64,000 nt of DNA from Octopus bimaculoides (Eukaryota), in contig NC_068993.1 in the NCBI RefSeq assembly GCF_001194135.2, positions 46,023,220 through 46,087,219 on the forward strand. Direction: 5' to 3'. Below, piece after piece: positions 38,894 through 53,561 of this stretch. Numbering within the stretch: position 1 is the stretch's first letter; every line of letters begins with the position of its first letter. Position numbers and translations under genes: made by a program. The notes beneath the pieces were generated by a model, which saw nothing but the letters and a program-made list of their open reading frames with translations, was not told the origin of the DNA and did no database searches.

Positions 38894-41728
38894 CTGTTAC
38901 CTACTTCTCATTTTACTTACTTTTTCTTTCGGACGGTCACAGAATAAGAATTCCTGTCTCTACGGGATGAATTGCCGCGAAAAGTAGGAATGGATTGATG
39001 GGAAATACACTCGCTCACAAAAGTAAACACATTCGCACGCACGCTCGCACACAATCACACACACACACACACACACACACAGTCACAGACTGTCTCTCTC
39101 TCTCTCTCTGTCTTTGAGACACTCGCACGCACCTAGTTATGTGTTTGTGTACATTCGCTTCGTAGCACAGTGACTAAAAGCGTTTCACTATAACAATGAT
39201 TCATTTTATTGTTTACAGCAACACAAATGTTACAACTTGTCTGTATATGAGAATATGAAAGCGTGTTTACATCTCAGCGCATGCTTCTGTATGGAATGCT
39301 TAAACATACACGCACATACATGCACACTCTCGCATGCACAGACGTAAACACACTTCTATTATTAATTTTGGTATCTGTGTATGTGTTGTGATTATTTGCA
39401 TATTTGGTTGGTTGGTTGGTTGGCTGGTTGGTTGGATTACTGTTTTTCTCTTATAACTATTGTGCAATAAATGCGGCTGATGTTCAGCTTATTCTTCCGT
39501 ATACTGATCTCTGTTGTTATACGCGACCAGTAGATAACTACTGAGAGACGTGTTTTGAGGCTAAATACTTAGAGATACACGGCTTGTTGCTCCTTACGCG
39601 GAGACCTTCTATGATTCACCTCATGTTAATCAAAGCGCTCCGTTTATGACCTTCATATACTTTTTGTCTTATTTTTACATGGTATACTACTGGAAAACTC
39701 GTTTACTATGCTGTGCTAGGAAAACATTTATAGAATTGATTTCCTTTTGGCTGATATGAAATTGACAAATTAAGGGACACAGATAAATCTGCAATGCATA
39801 GATTTATGCATGTGATTTGTCAAATGTAATACTCGGAGTATCGCCAGAGTGAAATCGCTTTTCGATGAATAAATCAACACCCCAGTACTGCAGCATGTAT
39901 TGTGTAGTTAATATATTTTGTACATTTGACACAATCTAATGCATAAATATGAATAAATAAATAACATATGGTACATGACGTAATCGAAATAATAAAACCC
40001 AGAACAGACGTTATATATTCCCGTCATCATTTTTTTTCTTGAGCAGATCGATGTATTGGAGCTATGCTGGGCCCTCAACGCATACATTTATAGTTCGAAA
40101 CTACACTCGGCGTAGTAAGGGATACTCTGTTTGATATTTATAGATTGAGACTGAATTATCAAAAAAATATAGTGAACGTACATTCGCATGTATACCTACC
40201 TACACAAGATTTTTGATACGGTTACACCAAAACCAGTGAGCACAGATGACAAAAGCACCAATACTTTTGTCTTAGTATATAAGATTATTTAAGATGTTTC
40301 GACATAAGTGTATGGACGTGTTTGGGTTCTATCATTGGCCATGAAACACGTTGGTTTTTTTCTTCCTCGAGCATGTTCATATGTTAGTCATAAAGGATAG
40401 TAATAACTTGAGTAAAGTTAGGTTTGTAGAATAGGATGGGACAGAGATGTTAAACGTAATTCGAAAGTTCTGAAGATTAGTATCTGAGACAGATACATGA
40501 GAGTACTGAGCGTGCCAACAATTCCATGAGTGCAGTGTAGACACAATAGATATATTCTTCTTAAAGTCAGGTACTTTATGTAGTGATGGCTCAACACCTA
40601 CTGCTATAGTGTTCTCTCAAGTATACAAACAGTGATAAAATATGAATCACACATTAGCACTGAAAAGATCAGCAACGAATGACAGTCATATCACTCAAGG
40701 GTACGTATTGTAATTTCATAAATTGTTCTTGTTGCCTGTGTACCACAAAAAAATATATATATAGACCTTGCCTCATCTCTCTTACTGCCTCATCTCTCTT
40801 GATGGAATAAAACATCAATTATCAGCATACTGGATAAAGAGATGGCTATACTGGCACTCACTAGTACTTAGTTTTTCATTGGAGCAACGAGAAATGAAGT
40901 TCCTTGCTCGGGGAAGGAGCGCACCACGCGGTCCCAAAATGGAACACACTACATTATGATCTTGTGCGCAACACCGTAACCACTAGACCACGTGTCTTCA
41001 CGTAGGTCAGTCAATACTAAATAGATGAAAGATTTTCCGGCATCTCGATTGTTAGTATTAAAAGCGCAGTTTTTTCTGTCTTATATAATCCAAAATCACC
41101 ATGAAAAATCAGATAATTTGAGCGGTAGCTTACGTAGCGACCACAAGCATGCCTTTTACTGTCTGTTGTTCTTGAGTATGAACTGTATTATACTCTCCAT
41201 GAATTATGCTAACATACATAATGCTGAGAGAGTCCCTGAGGTCGTTTCTTGCACGTTGGTAAACATTTTGTTCTGAGTTTATCAGTTCATAGAAACATTT
41301 ATACGTTGTTTCAATGAATATCCAACGCAATGTTTCCATGAATAGCGAATATTTTCTCCCGTTGAAACGATATCTAGACAAAGAAGAATAAATTAATTCG
41401 ACTGCAACTTTTCTGTGAACAGGTGCGTGTACGAAAACGTTGCAAAAGTTTTGAGATCAGCAGCTTCCTTCACGTTGCGCCAGCAAATGTCTTAGTAATT
41501 TGAAATCTCATTAAAGGAGTCAAAACTTTCGGAACACCCTTCATATATATCTAAATATTGCAGCTAGAAAAGTTCGTGAAGGATAATATACATACATACA
41601 TACATGCATACATGCCTATACATAGTTATATACATACATATATTTATTAAATGTGTATATATATATATATATCATAAGGTTTTTAAACTTTTAAATTTTC
41701 ATATTCAAAACAGACAGAGACTTCAAAT

Positions 41729-41872
41729 TCCGTCTACCAAATCCACTCACAAGGCTTTGGTCGGCCCGAGGCTATAGTAGAAGACACTTGCCCAAGATGC
41801 CACGTAGTGGGACTGAACCCGGGACCGTGTGGTTGGTAAGCAAGCTACTTACCACACAGCCGCATCCATACA
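41729..41872 (-). mobile_element. Family A SINE head; near-identical inverted copy of 42385-42526
   Basis: The reverse complement matches with one mismatch, including the 5' flank agttttatatatataaatatatatgtatgg. Confidence 0.9.
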
Positions 41873-42384
41873 TATATATTTATATATATAAAACTATTAT
41901 TATATATATTATTATATATATATATATTATTATATATANNNNNNNNNNNNNNNNNNNNNNNNNNNNNNNNNNNNNNNNNNNNNNNNNNNNNNNNNNNNNN
42001 NNNNNNNNNNNNNNNNNNNNNNNNNNNNNNNNNNNNNNNNNNNNNNNNNNNNNNNNNNNNNNNNNNNNNNNNNNNNNNNNNNNNNNNNNNNNNNNNNNNN
42101 NNNNNNNNNNNNNNNNNNNNNNNNNNNNNNNNNNNNNNNNNNNNNNNNNNNNNNNNNNNNNNNNNNNNNNNNNNNNNNNNNNNNNNNNNNNNNNNNNNNN
42201 NNNNNNNNNNNNNNNNNNNNNNNNNNNNNNNNNNNNNNNNNNNNNNNNNNNNNNNNNNNNNNNNNNNNNNNNNNNNNNNNNNNNNNNNTATATATATATA
42301 TATACATATATATATATGCACACACATCTATATATATTTATATGTATTATAAGTATGTAAAGTTTTATATATATAAATATATAT

Positions 42385-42800
42385 GTATGGATGCGGCTGT
42401 GTGGTAAGTAGCTTGCTTACCAACCACACGGTCCCGGGTCCAGTCCCACTACGTGGCATCTTGGGCAAGTGTCTTCTACTATAGCCTCGGGCCGACCAAA
42501 GCCTTGTGAGTGGATTTGGTAGACGGAAACTGAAAGAAGCTTGTCGTACATATGTATATATATATATATATATATGTATGTTTGTTTGTGTTTGTATGTC
42601 TGTGTTTGTCCCCCCAACATCGCTTGACAACCGATGCTGGTGTGTTTATGTCCCCGTAACATAGCGGTTCGGCAAAAGAGACCGATAGAATAAGTACTAG
42701 GCTTCCAAAGAATAAGTCCTGGGGTCGATTTGCTCGACTAAAGGCGGTGCTCCAGCATGGCCACAGTCAAACGACTGAAACAAGTAAAAGAGTAAAAGAG
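42385..42800 (+). mobile_element. Full-length family A SINE
   Basis: Colinear and highly similar to 4491-4896 over its whole length. Confidence 0.92.
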
Positions 42801-43179
42801 AATATAAATATATATATATATATATATACATATATTTATACACACACACACCACACACATATACTTTCATAAACACATAATGCTTCTATACTTTCCTAAT
42901 TGATCGTTCTTTCGATCGAGACAAGATGATAAGCTGGTCGCATATAATATAGCTTGAAATTACATAATCATTGTTTATATTCTAGTTTATAAGTTTACCA
43001 ACGTGCTAAATTCTTTGAAGCGCCCACGTTTTTCAAGACTTTCCGATACCGTATTCTTCTTAAGTTTTACCCAACTTTTAAAAATAAAATCTCTGTTATT
43101 ATCCATTTCTTCTTGCATAAGATGATCATTTCGGCCTTTGTATGTACTTGTTGGTTTCTATAAAACTTAGATGACAACA

Positions 43180-43760
43180 AAACAGAATTTTTTTGTTAAA
43201 ATATTTTGGCTATTTGCATTGATTTTCTGTGCTTCTTTACAAAACATTTTCGAAATGTTCAATAGACATATTAAACGAATTTCCAGCTACATCGTCCATA
43301 TTCCACCATCCTTTCACTGTATATATAATCTTCCTATGTTTCGGTTGTGTTTTTTTTTTAAATACGATCACTATTGTTCTCGATTTCTTTTTCTGTCTAG
43401 TCAAGTCAATTTAGTTAGCTTCCAATCGAGAATATTATCATTATAACTTATTGTTGTGACAGCTCATCTATTGACACCTATTATTTTATATATATTGCCT
43501 TTAGCTCTCTTCCAAGAATTAATCGAACACATCTACAATATTCATTCCTAACTTTCATTTATGTGTATTGTACTCTATATAGTTCAATGGGTCCTGTATA
43601 AAGTCTATGTCTGCGATTAGTCTACCTCTCTTGTGTCTAATTCTTTATATTTCATAATATTGGTGTTCTTAATTAATCTTCTTCTCTTAACACATTGTTT
43701 TGGCGCATTTTTCTAATTCAAATCTCATGATTATTACATTAGACAGTCCGTCTATTTATC
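43180..43760 (-). mobile_element. Highly decayed R4/Dong-like RT/post-RT fragment
   Basis: MRFELEKCAK...NEYCRCVRLILGRELKAIYKIIGVN..AVTTISYNDNILDW.LTKLT.LDRK...IGRLYIQ*KDGG. Confidence 0.7.
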
Positions 43761-43898
43761 GGTAGCAGCTTTTCAAGTTGTTAATCATCAGGAACGTACA
43801 AATCAAGGCTGACCACTAACAACAGATGTTCATCGATCTCCTTTAGCATTTACAACGGGGTCCGAATTTATTATCCTCATCATCAGAATCATTGCCGC

Positions 43899-44029
<131 letters not shown>

Positions 44030-44032
44030 GTG

Positions 44033-44087
<55 letters not shown>

Positions 44088-44496
44088 CAGTAGTAATATC
44101 ATTATTATTATTACCACTATTGTTTTTCTTATTATTAATCGACAAAAGATCTATAATATTCTCATTAAAACCATCATCGTAATAATCATAATTCCATCCC
44201 ATCCTCAACTACAATACATGAAAAGAAATGTGAGCATATGTTTAGACACACACGCACACTCGCACACTGACATAAATAGATACACACACAAATACATGGA
44301 TATATATTATATATGCATCTATGTATGTGTGTATATATATATATAAATATATATATATAAGTATATATATATATAATGTTTGTGTGTGTGAGAATGGTGT
44401 ATATATAAATGTATAAGTATATAGACTTGCTTGTATATATGTGTCAGCGAGTGCGTGCGTTCGTGTGTGTGTGCATGTTTGAGTTAGTGTGCATAC

Positions 44497-44565
<69 letters not shown>

Positions 44566-44878
44566 CGTATATTAAAGAATATATGCGTGTATTAGCAATA
44601 AAACTACGACATATTAGAACCCAGCCGATCTCAAAATTGCTATCTCTATCACTTTTCTATTGATTTATGAGAAACGGTTTACATATGACAAACTCATCGA
44701 CTGATATGCTCTCATATCTATCATCAGCACTTGTGTATTCAGTAGTCAGACTATAACGGCTCACTAAATATACCAGTTTGACTTTCACTGTCATAATTCT
44801 CAGATTTGAAATAAAGCTTGTTAAGAATCATGCAAAAACCCAATATGCAAGCTAATATTTATATATATATATATATGC

Positions 44879-44934
<56 letters not shown>

Positions 44935-45717
44935 ATATGTATGTATGTATGTATATATGTATGTATATAAATGGTATATTCTGTTAAGAAGGTAGTAGAG
45001 TACAATAGAAGGATCGTCTGCCTTCAGGTTTACCTTCTGCTATCCACTAGTTGTATTATACGTACTTCCAGATTTGCGTTTTGGCATCTGTAGTGTATGA
45101 ACAGGTAATTGAAAAAATTGGAGTCAACTAGAAGGAATACGGTTGGACAATTATTTTTTTTATCATTACAATTGTTTCCACGCAATGTAAATCTGCAGGT
45201 ATGCAAGTACTTGACTATACAGCCGTTTCCCTGTATTATGAGTGCGTAGATGGAGCAGGGACGGTGCTTGTGGTACTCTTAAATTGGTTACCATTCAAAA
45301 GGGATTCGCATTAGATTTCTTTGTACTGTTGATTTGTTCTTCATGGTCGGTTACACATGCGTTTGTCCTTATCTGACTTTTAACATTAAACCTTTACGTA
45401 CAGATACCTGTTGGTTCACATATACTTCCATATACGTACTAAAACTCGGACACATACAAACCAACACACGCAGACGCACACACAATCACATCGATCCATC
45501 CATCCATCCATCCATACATACATACATACATACATACATAAATACATAAATACATGCATACATACATACATACATACATAATACATACATACATAATACA
45601 TACATACATACATACATGCATACACACAGTTGAAATTTATAGAAAAACAAAAGACGCAATCAGGTGTATGAACAACAAGCAGATGCATTATTCTGAAGAG
45701 GGGAAAAAATAAAAGCG

Positions 45718-45755
45718 TCTTTCCCGTTTCGAACGTACGCTCTTCAGCGGAAAGG
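45718..45755 (-). ncRNA. Degenerate hammerhead-like motif, same PLE family as 23580-23616
   Basis: CCUUU-CCGCUGA-A-GAGC-guac-GUUC-GAAA-C-GGG-AAAGA. The core and cleavage triplet are mutated. Confidence 0.55.
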
Positions 45756-46523
45756 AATAATAAAAAATAAACACAGAGAGAAACTTATAGATTTCAGCGG
45801 TCAGCATAGTGAATCCTATATATGTATATATATATANNNNNNNNNNNNNNNNNNNNNNNNNNNNNNNNNNNNNNNNNNNNNNNNNNNNNNNNNNNNNNNN
45901 NNNNNNNNNNNNNNNNNNNNNNNNNNNNNNNNNNNNNNNNNNNNNNNNNNNNNNNNNNNNNNNNNNNNNNNNNNNNNNNNNNNNNNNNNNNNNNNNNNNN
46001 NNNNNNNNNNNNNNNNNNNNNNNNNNNNNNNNNNNNNNNNNNNNNNNNNNNNNNNNNNNNNNNNNNNNNNNNNNNNNNNNNNNNNNNNNNNNNNNNNNNN
46101 NNNNNNNNNNNNNNNNNNNNNNNNNNNNNNNNNNNNNNNNNNNNNNNNNNNNNNNNNNNNNNNNNNNNNNNNNNNNNNNNNNNNNNNNNNNNNNNNNNNN
46201 NNNNNNNNNNNNNNNNNNNNNNNNNNNNNNNNNNNNNNNNNNNNNNNNNNNNNNNNNNNNNNNNNNNNNNNNNNNNNNNNNNNNNNNNNNNNNNNNNNNN
46301 NNNNNNNNNNNNNNNTATATATATAGATAGATAGATAGATAGATATATATAGAATATAGATATATGTATTTGTGTGTCTGTGTTTCTGACTTCCCTTTGC
46401 AAATACCGATAGGGCACAGAAAGTGTGTCAATAGCCAGCTGGAGGAGATGTACTCCTGGGGCTAAGCTACAGAAGCATTTGCGCTTAGGGATTAGCCGCA
46501 TTTAAGTGGCAAATATACTTCAC

Positions 46524-46591
<68 letters not shown>

Positions 46592-46612
46592 CAATATGTA
46601 AGGAAACATTTC

Positions 46613-46644
46613 ATTCCCGGGCAACGGCAGGTGACTTTGCTAGT
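46613..46644 (+). mobile_element. Helitron-like 3' terminus
   Basis: GC-rich hairpin-like cccgggcaacggcagg followed after a short spacer by CTAG and T. Confidence 0.45.
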
Positions 46645-47289
46645 ATTTAAATATTTGTAATTTTCAACATAATTTTTCTTTAATATGATCAAAATATAAT
46701 AAATTACTGGAAAACGTTTAATTATAGTAAAAACAAGTAAAAAATTAATTACATAGGAATTATGTGTAGAAAATGGACATCGAGCAAAACCTAGACGTTC
46801 TTTGAATCAAGTAGAGAAATATAAAACATAAAATGTTCATAGAATTTCGAATGGACAGTTTGACAATCAGAAATAAAAGACTAAACATAGAGACTGACCA
46901 TAACACCAAGTTTTGGAGATTGGTCCATAACGAAATAAAACACTCTAGATTACAATCACGTACACGCACGCAAACACACACACAGTTGCGCGCAAACATA
47001 CATACACACATAATCAAAAACACACGTAAACGCACAGAGTTGTAGTGCATATGCATAGACACAGGCACTGTCATTCAAGGACACGAACGTAATATATTTT
47101 CGCACTTTTGTTTAGTCAACATTGGTGATCATTTTAATGGAGAAAATGGTCATCTGAATTTGTATCAATTATATAAACAGAGTCATTGTGTTCGGAACAA
47201 AAGGACGTTTCCATACACACACTCACACACAACCACAAATACAAACAGACACCCCTACGTTCTCAAACATCCATATGCGTGAGTGCATG

Positions 47290-47352
<63 letters not shown>

Positions 47353-48357
47353 NNNNNNNNNNNNNNNNNNNNNNNNNNNNNNNNNNNNNNNNNNNNNNNN
47401 NNNNNNNNNNNNNNNNNNNNNNNNNNNNNNNNNNNNNNNNNNNNNNNNNNNNNNNNNNNNNNNNNNNNNNNNNNNNNNNNNNNNNNNNNNNNNNNNNNNN
47501 NNNNNNNNNNNNNNNNNNNNNNNNNNNNNNNNNNNNNNNNNNNNNNNNNNNNNNNNNNNNNNNNNNNNNNNNNNNNNNNNNNNNNNNNNNNNNNNNNNNN
47601 NNNNNNNNNNNNNNNNNNNNNNNNNNNNNNNNNNNNNNNNNNNNNNNNNNNNNNNNNNNNNNNNNNNNNNNNNNNNNNNNNNNNNNNNNNNNNNNNNNNN
47701 NNNNNNNNNNNNNNNNNNNNNNNNNNNNNNNNNNNNNNNNNNNNNNNNNNNNNNNNNNNNNNNNNNNNNNNNNNNNNNNNNNNNNNNNNNNNNNNNNNNN
47801 NNNNNNNNNNNNNNNNNNNNNNNNNNNNNNNNNNNNNNNNNNNNNTGTGTGTGTGTGTGTGTGTGTGCGTGTGTGTGTATATATATATATATATACATAC
47901 ATATATATATACATACACACATATGAAAAAGAAATGTATATGTGTGTGTCTGCGTGCGTGTGCGTGCGTGTATGTCTTTGTGAATATCCAACCCTACATA
48001 TGTCTATTAATGTATGCGTGCATTGTTGTTATCTAATTTATTTGACAACTAACAAAGAAAATAATTGACAAAAGGAAACAAAAGTAAAATGAAAGTCTTG
48101 AAATGCAAGATGGATGAACATACATAATAGGAAGCTTAGCGACATAAAATTTAATTTAACAAACTCTTCCGTTGTGTGTAAACGAAACATACAGTACTTC
48201 AAACGACACCAAGCTGAGACAGTCTATTATGATTAATTTCTTCACGAGTTAGGCAGGCATATTGTATACAAAGATTTAATGGTGGGTTATATATGTATAT
48301 ATATATATAGATACACATATATATCATAAATATGTATATACCAGAAGTACATCCATG

Positions 48358-48389
<32 letters not shown>

Positions 48390-48685
48390 NNNNNNNNNNN
48401 NNNNNNNNNNNNNNNNNNNNNNNNNNNNNNNNNNNNNNNNNNNNNNNNNNNNNNNNNNNNNNNNNNNNNNNNNNNNNNNNNNNNNNNNNNNNNNNNNNNN
48501 NNNNNNNNNNNNNNNNNNNNNNNNNNNNNNNNNNNNNNNNNNNNNNNNNNNNNNNNNNNNNNNNNNNNNNNNNNNNNNNNNNNNNNNNNNNNNNNNNNNN
48601 NNNNNNNNNNNNNNNNNNNNNNNNNNNNNNNNNNNNNNNNNNNNNNNNNNNNNNNNNNNNNNNNNNNNNNNNNNNNNNNNNNNNN

Positions 48686-48725
<40 letters not shown>

Positions 48726-49121
48726 TAGAACGTACATAAATCCATTCATATAAAATTCGTTTGTTTATTATGGTGACGTATATGTTAGGAATTTTGTGTA
48801 TTATATGAGTTCAGAAGATGTAGCTATCACAACAGAACATCATACACTCAGTGTTTTGTATTTATTTGCTACCTCGTCGTCCTACACTATCGTCTTTCTT
48901 CTTCTTTCAATCTAAATTTAATGTCTTTGCCTCTATTTTCATTCTTTGCGTCTTTATATAACATCAACAACGATACTAATAATAATATTATTAATGTATG
49001 TGTGTGTGTTTGTGTTGTGTGTATTTGTGTTGGAGTGTAGCTGTATGGATATCTACGTATAAGTATACGTGTATGTATACATATATAAGTATGTGTGTGC
49101 GTGAATGTGTGTGTATCTGTG

Positions 49122-49152
<31 letters not shown>

Positions 49153-52093
49153 ATGTGCATATGGGTTTGTGTGCATGTCTATGGTGTAACAAATTCGAAA
49201 ATTTTATGTTGTACATTCTCCGATAAATTTTAAATTATATTAGGTCACATACTGTGTTTCTGAAAGCGTGTTGTATTCGAAAAAGGATGAGCAGAATCAT
49301 AAATGAGAAAAATTAAAATTTTTGATCGCACTAAATATACACTCTCGACAACAAAATCGCACGCCATACTGTATCAAAATGACCATCAACATTTACAAAT
49401 TTCGAATTTCCAATATCGATGCGTAGAATAACAACCTTAAAGTGTGCACATAGTTACAACGTTAGTAACTCGTAACTATGAATGTTATTATCATGTTTAT
49501 CAAAATGCTGGAAAGATATATCCTAAGAGACGAAGTCTTAGAATACTCCATACACTACGTTTACAATGACATAGTATGTTGCGTAACTGAATCAAAAATC
49601 AATTCGATGCATGTGTTTTCATAAAAGTTATATATTTACCGAGGAACAAATTGTGTTTCTGAAAACTGATTACACACACATGTACTTATATATGTATACA
49701 TACAAATATAATAATACATAGAAATCCATACAGCTACACTCATACATTCAGTGCATAAAAATATATGTGCATGTAAAGATATAAAATACAGATACAATTA
49801 AGCACCTTCATCAACCGAAAGTAAATTCGATAAATTACAATTTAAATCACTCGGATTATATAGAATCACATCTACAGAGTCAAAAAACAACAATTATGAA
49901 AAATTTGTTGAGACTTCACAGGATTGTTATTGCAAATACTTGTACTAAGTTGTACGTCACCAAGTACAATTTAAACTCTACTCTGAGCTATATATATAAT
50001 TATTTCTAAAAATACGCCTGGAATTCATTGTAACATAGGAAGCCCATAGAATGCTGCGTCAATTCGACTCCATAAATTTGAGTTATATAATGTGTATACT
50101 AACTGAATAGACAACTTTATTACGTGTATATTATATATATAGAGAGAGTAAAACATATCAGAGTATAGTTAATCTATAGATATATTTGTACAGTTTTCTT
50201 TATCAAACTGTATAACTTTACAAATTTGTTTCGTAAATACATTGATGAACCCCACGGGGAAACATAAATTATTACTTCACTTCTATAAATGAAGAGAACT
50301 GATTTAATTAACATTTCAAATGATATATAAATATATATTTCAGCAAAAGCAGAAAGTTCTATACTTTCGTCTACATTGAAGAGGATTGCCATGTTGTATT
50401 TCACTTGAAAAATTCAGCAAAGTGTTGTGAAATGTTGTCAGTTTTATCATAGAGGTTGACAATATTATTAGAACTGTATCTAAGTTTTGTAAAATTATAA
50501 GTTCTGCATTTTTCAAATTGAAGGAATATAGATGCGTTTGGTTTTATTACATTCTGTAAAAACTTGACGTAACATATTTTGAAACTTTTGGGAAGATTTT
50601 TCGTTTTTGTTTTTGCTTACGCGTGAAAGCTTCTTAACAAGGTTAGACTATTTAAGTGTCGGAAGCATGATTATTTTGAGTATAACAGAAGCTCAAAGAA
50701 TGCGCTGCATATTTACTAGTAGATTTTTTTTCATCGGCAAGTAAACATATTTATACGGTTCTATGGATATTTTAACTATATTCTGTCATGCAGCTTCCAT
50801 AATTATACGAATTAGGGAATCGGAAATATCAAAATTACAGCTTCGATTGAAAATGCTTCTCTTTTAACATAATATAATACAGCGATTCCTTGAAGAACCG
50901 TTGTGCATCTGCATCCAAATGCATTTTGAACACTCACGGTAGAGGATGCAAATAACTACAACACCAAACCGTATATGTATGTATAAACACCCACACACAC
51001 GCATGCACACACGCGCGCGCACTCACTAAGACACACACACAAACACACACATAATTATATATGGATGGATAAATAGATATACGTATTGATATTGGTTTTC
51101 ATGCATCCAGCGTCGATAAAATAGTGTACTAATCAAGTTATTAATCAGGTATTGAAGAAAATGTTATTGACTAACCACTCTCATAAAGATTCCTGTCCTT
51201 GTGACAAAGTTTAAAATCGTTATTATTGTTATTATTGTTGTTTTTGTTGTTGCTATTATTGTTATTTTTGAGTGCGAGAGTAGTGCATGCCATCAAAGTT
51301 ACACTGAGGTACAAAAATACGCAGCCCAATATACCCATCACGACTACCTGTCTGATAAGAGTACACCAGACACATTTATCACAACCGCACGTGCGTGACA
51401 TAGTGATCTCATATGAAGATAACATCGCATGACCTTGCGGGTGGGTCCATTTAGAATTTTCCTCAGGTCGGGTAGCCCATTCCACTCAAAAGGCCGCAGA
51501 ATAAGGTTCACCGTTGTCTATGTGTGTGTCTCTCTCTCCCCTCTTTCTCTTTTCTCTCTCTCGTTGTTCACACATGACCATCCTCCTTCTTTCTTTTCCT
51601 CACGTGACCATCTTTCTATTCCGGCACGACGTTCTAAGAACTCGACGTTCTCTTTCTCTCTCTTTTATCTTTTCTCTTTTGAAAGAAAATATTTCTCCCA
51701 GCGGTCATTATTTTCCTCTCGTTCTGGTCTAACGACCTTCCATGTTAGTTTTCGTGCGGTTTCCTTGCATATCACCACTGCCCTGTTTTTGTTCCCATCT
51801 ATGACCCTCCATAAATCCAAAATTTTATCCTGGAATTTATGAGAGTAACTGTCTTTGAAGACTCATATTGTCATTGGATGTTCGAAATGAGGAGTAAATA
51901 GACAGCCGACAACTGATGAAGGGTCGTTCTGTGTGTTTATTTGTCCTGTTTTCCATTTTTTCTCGTTGTTTGCATATTTTAACTCGTTTGTTTTCGTACT
52001 TCATGTTGTTTACACAGTTGACGTCCTGTACCCATACATCCATATATATTATTTATATCATTATTTAATTGAAAGCCACGCATCCTTTTCCAA

Positions 52094-52131
<38 letters not shown>

Positions 52132-52239
52132 NNNNNNNNNNNNNNNNNNNNNNNNNNNNNNNNNNNNNNNNNNNNNNNNNNNNNNNNNNNNNNNNNNNNN
52201 NNNNNNNNNNNNNNNNNNNNNNNNNNNNNNNNNNNNNNN

Positions 52240-52274
<35 letters not shown>

Positions 52275-53561
52275 AAATATTATCCAACTAACTAATTCCT
52301 ATGAAAATGAGAGGAGAGGCTTTCCATGAAATTTCAGTTAAAATTAGATATAAAATACAGCGAATAATACGTATGATCTTTGGTTATGTAGTGATAACTC
52401 CGGACATGTTTCAGTCTGAATTCTCATCAACGAAATATCACTGTAGGTGCAAAATCTTACACCGACTAGAGATATAGCTTTCATAAATCAATACTGAGTG
52501 CATAGTTTATTTTAATTTTCTGCTATTGTTTCGTCAGTCTGTAAAACTACAATGTCAGAGATGCCGCCGCCTAGTTTACGATTAAGTTTTCAAGCGTGAT
52601 TGATTTTGAAACATATCCGGAGTTATCGCTACACTATCAAATATCACACATTCTTTGCTGTATTTCGTATTCAATTTTAAGGAAATTAATCGATAATAAA
52701 CTAGATAAACAAAGAAGAATTTAGCGGTCGACATCTTGCCAATACCATAACGTGTATTCGTAGCTTGGTCATCAAAACGCAAGTTTCTTTACCTTGCAAT
52801 CCTTTGAGTAGTCATATAATACTGGGGGAAACAAACAATTAGAAGCCAGTTCACGTACCGCATTTCCTGGCGTCGAAGTCGCTACTTTTTTTCCTAAGAT
52901 AAGACTCGAAAATCTATCATGCGTCCTGGAGACCGAAAGTTGCATTTTACATAGGCATATCCTAACTCCAGAGGAAAACTCTCTGTGTTAGACAGTAATC
53001 TGAACCCCTGTAAATGAACATTCAGTGAAGTGTATAAATCATGCTTCGTTTAAGTAGTAAATAAACAAAATTATCTTAGAAATTTCCTAAAGAATCCAGG
53101 TAAAAATATCACAGGTAAAAAAAAGTCACGTTTTTAAAACATACGCAATCACAAAAATTCATTCCCGTATGGGCAGTGTATGTTAGACGAGGCAACTGAC
53201 GAGCGATATTTTACGTGTATCTATGTTGCTGGTATTGTCACTCTTCCAATAGCCTACTTTAAGGGAACATTATTAAGTGACGAAAAAAGTAAAACTGCGG
53301 TATATTTAAAAAAGGTTTACAAGCAAATGTTCATAACAATACTATCGTAATCACTTACTTTCTGTGATGAAACGTGTTGCGTTCAGTTATCACTTACTCG
53401 TTCCCCGTGATGAAATGTGTTGTGTTCAGACAGCAACACTGACTTCTTCCTTGATCTCTGAAAGCCATGGCCTTAACCAGTTCAAACTTGGGCATGCTGA
53501 CTTTGGGAATGATCCAGAACGTCGGAAAATTTTACTTAAAATCTTTAGCACAACCGTTGTA

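Noticed and set aside
41000-41545. Possible mariner/Tc1 remnant (tatgaagggtgttccgaaagttttg terminus on the minus strand)
   Set aside because: No matching second TIR or clear transposase motif could be read.
51845-51935. CTGATGA and GAAA motifs suggesting further hammerheads in a probable PLE remnant
   Set aside because: The CTGATGA near 51913 has no closing stem II or GAAA, and the upstream candidate core is too degenerate.
52793-52821. Possible 29-nt minus-strand microexon (…cccccag TATTATATGACTACTCAAAGGATTGCAAG gtaaag)
   Set aside because: It is not a multiple of three, has no homology, and such splice-like pairs are expected by chance in 64 kb.
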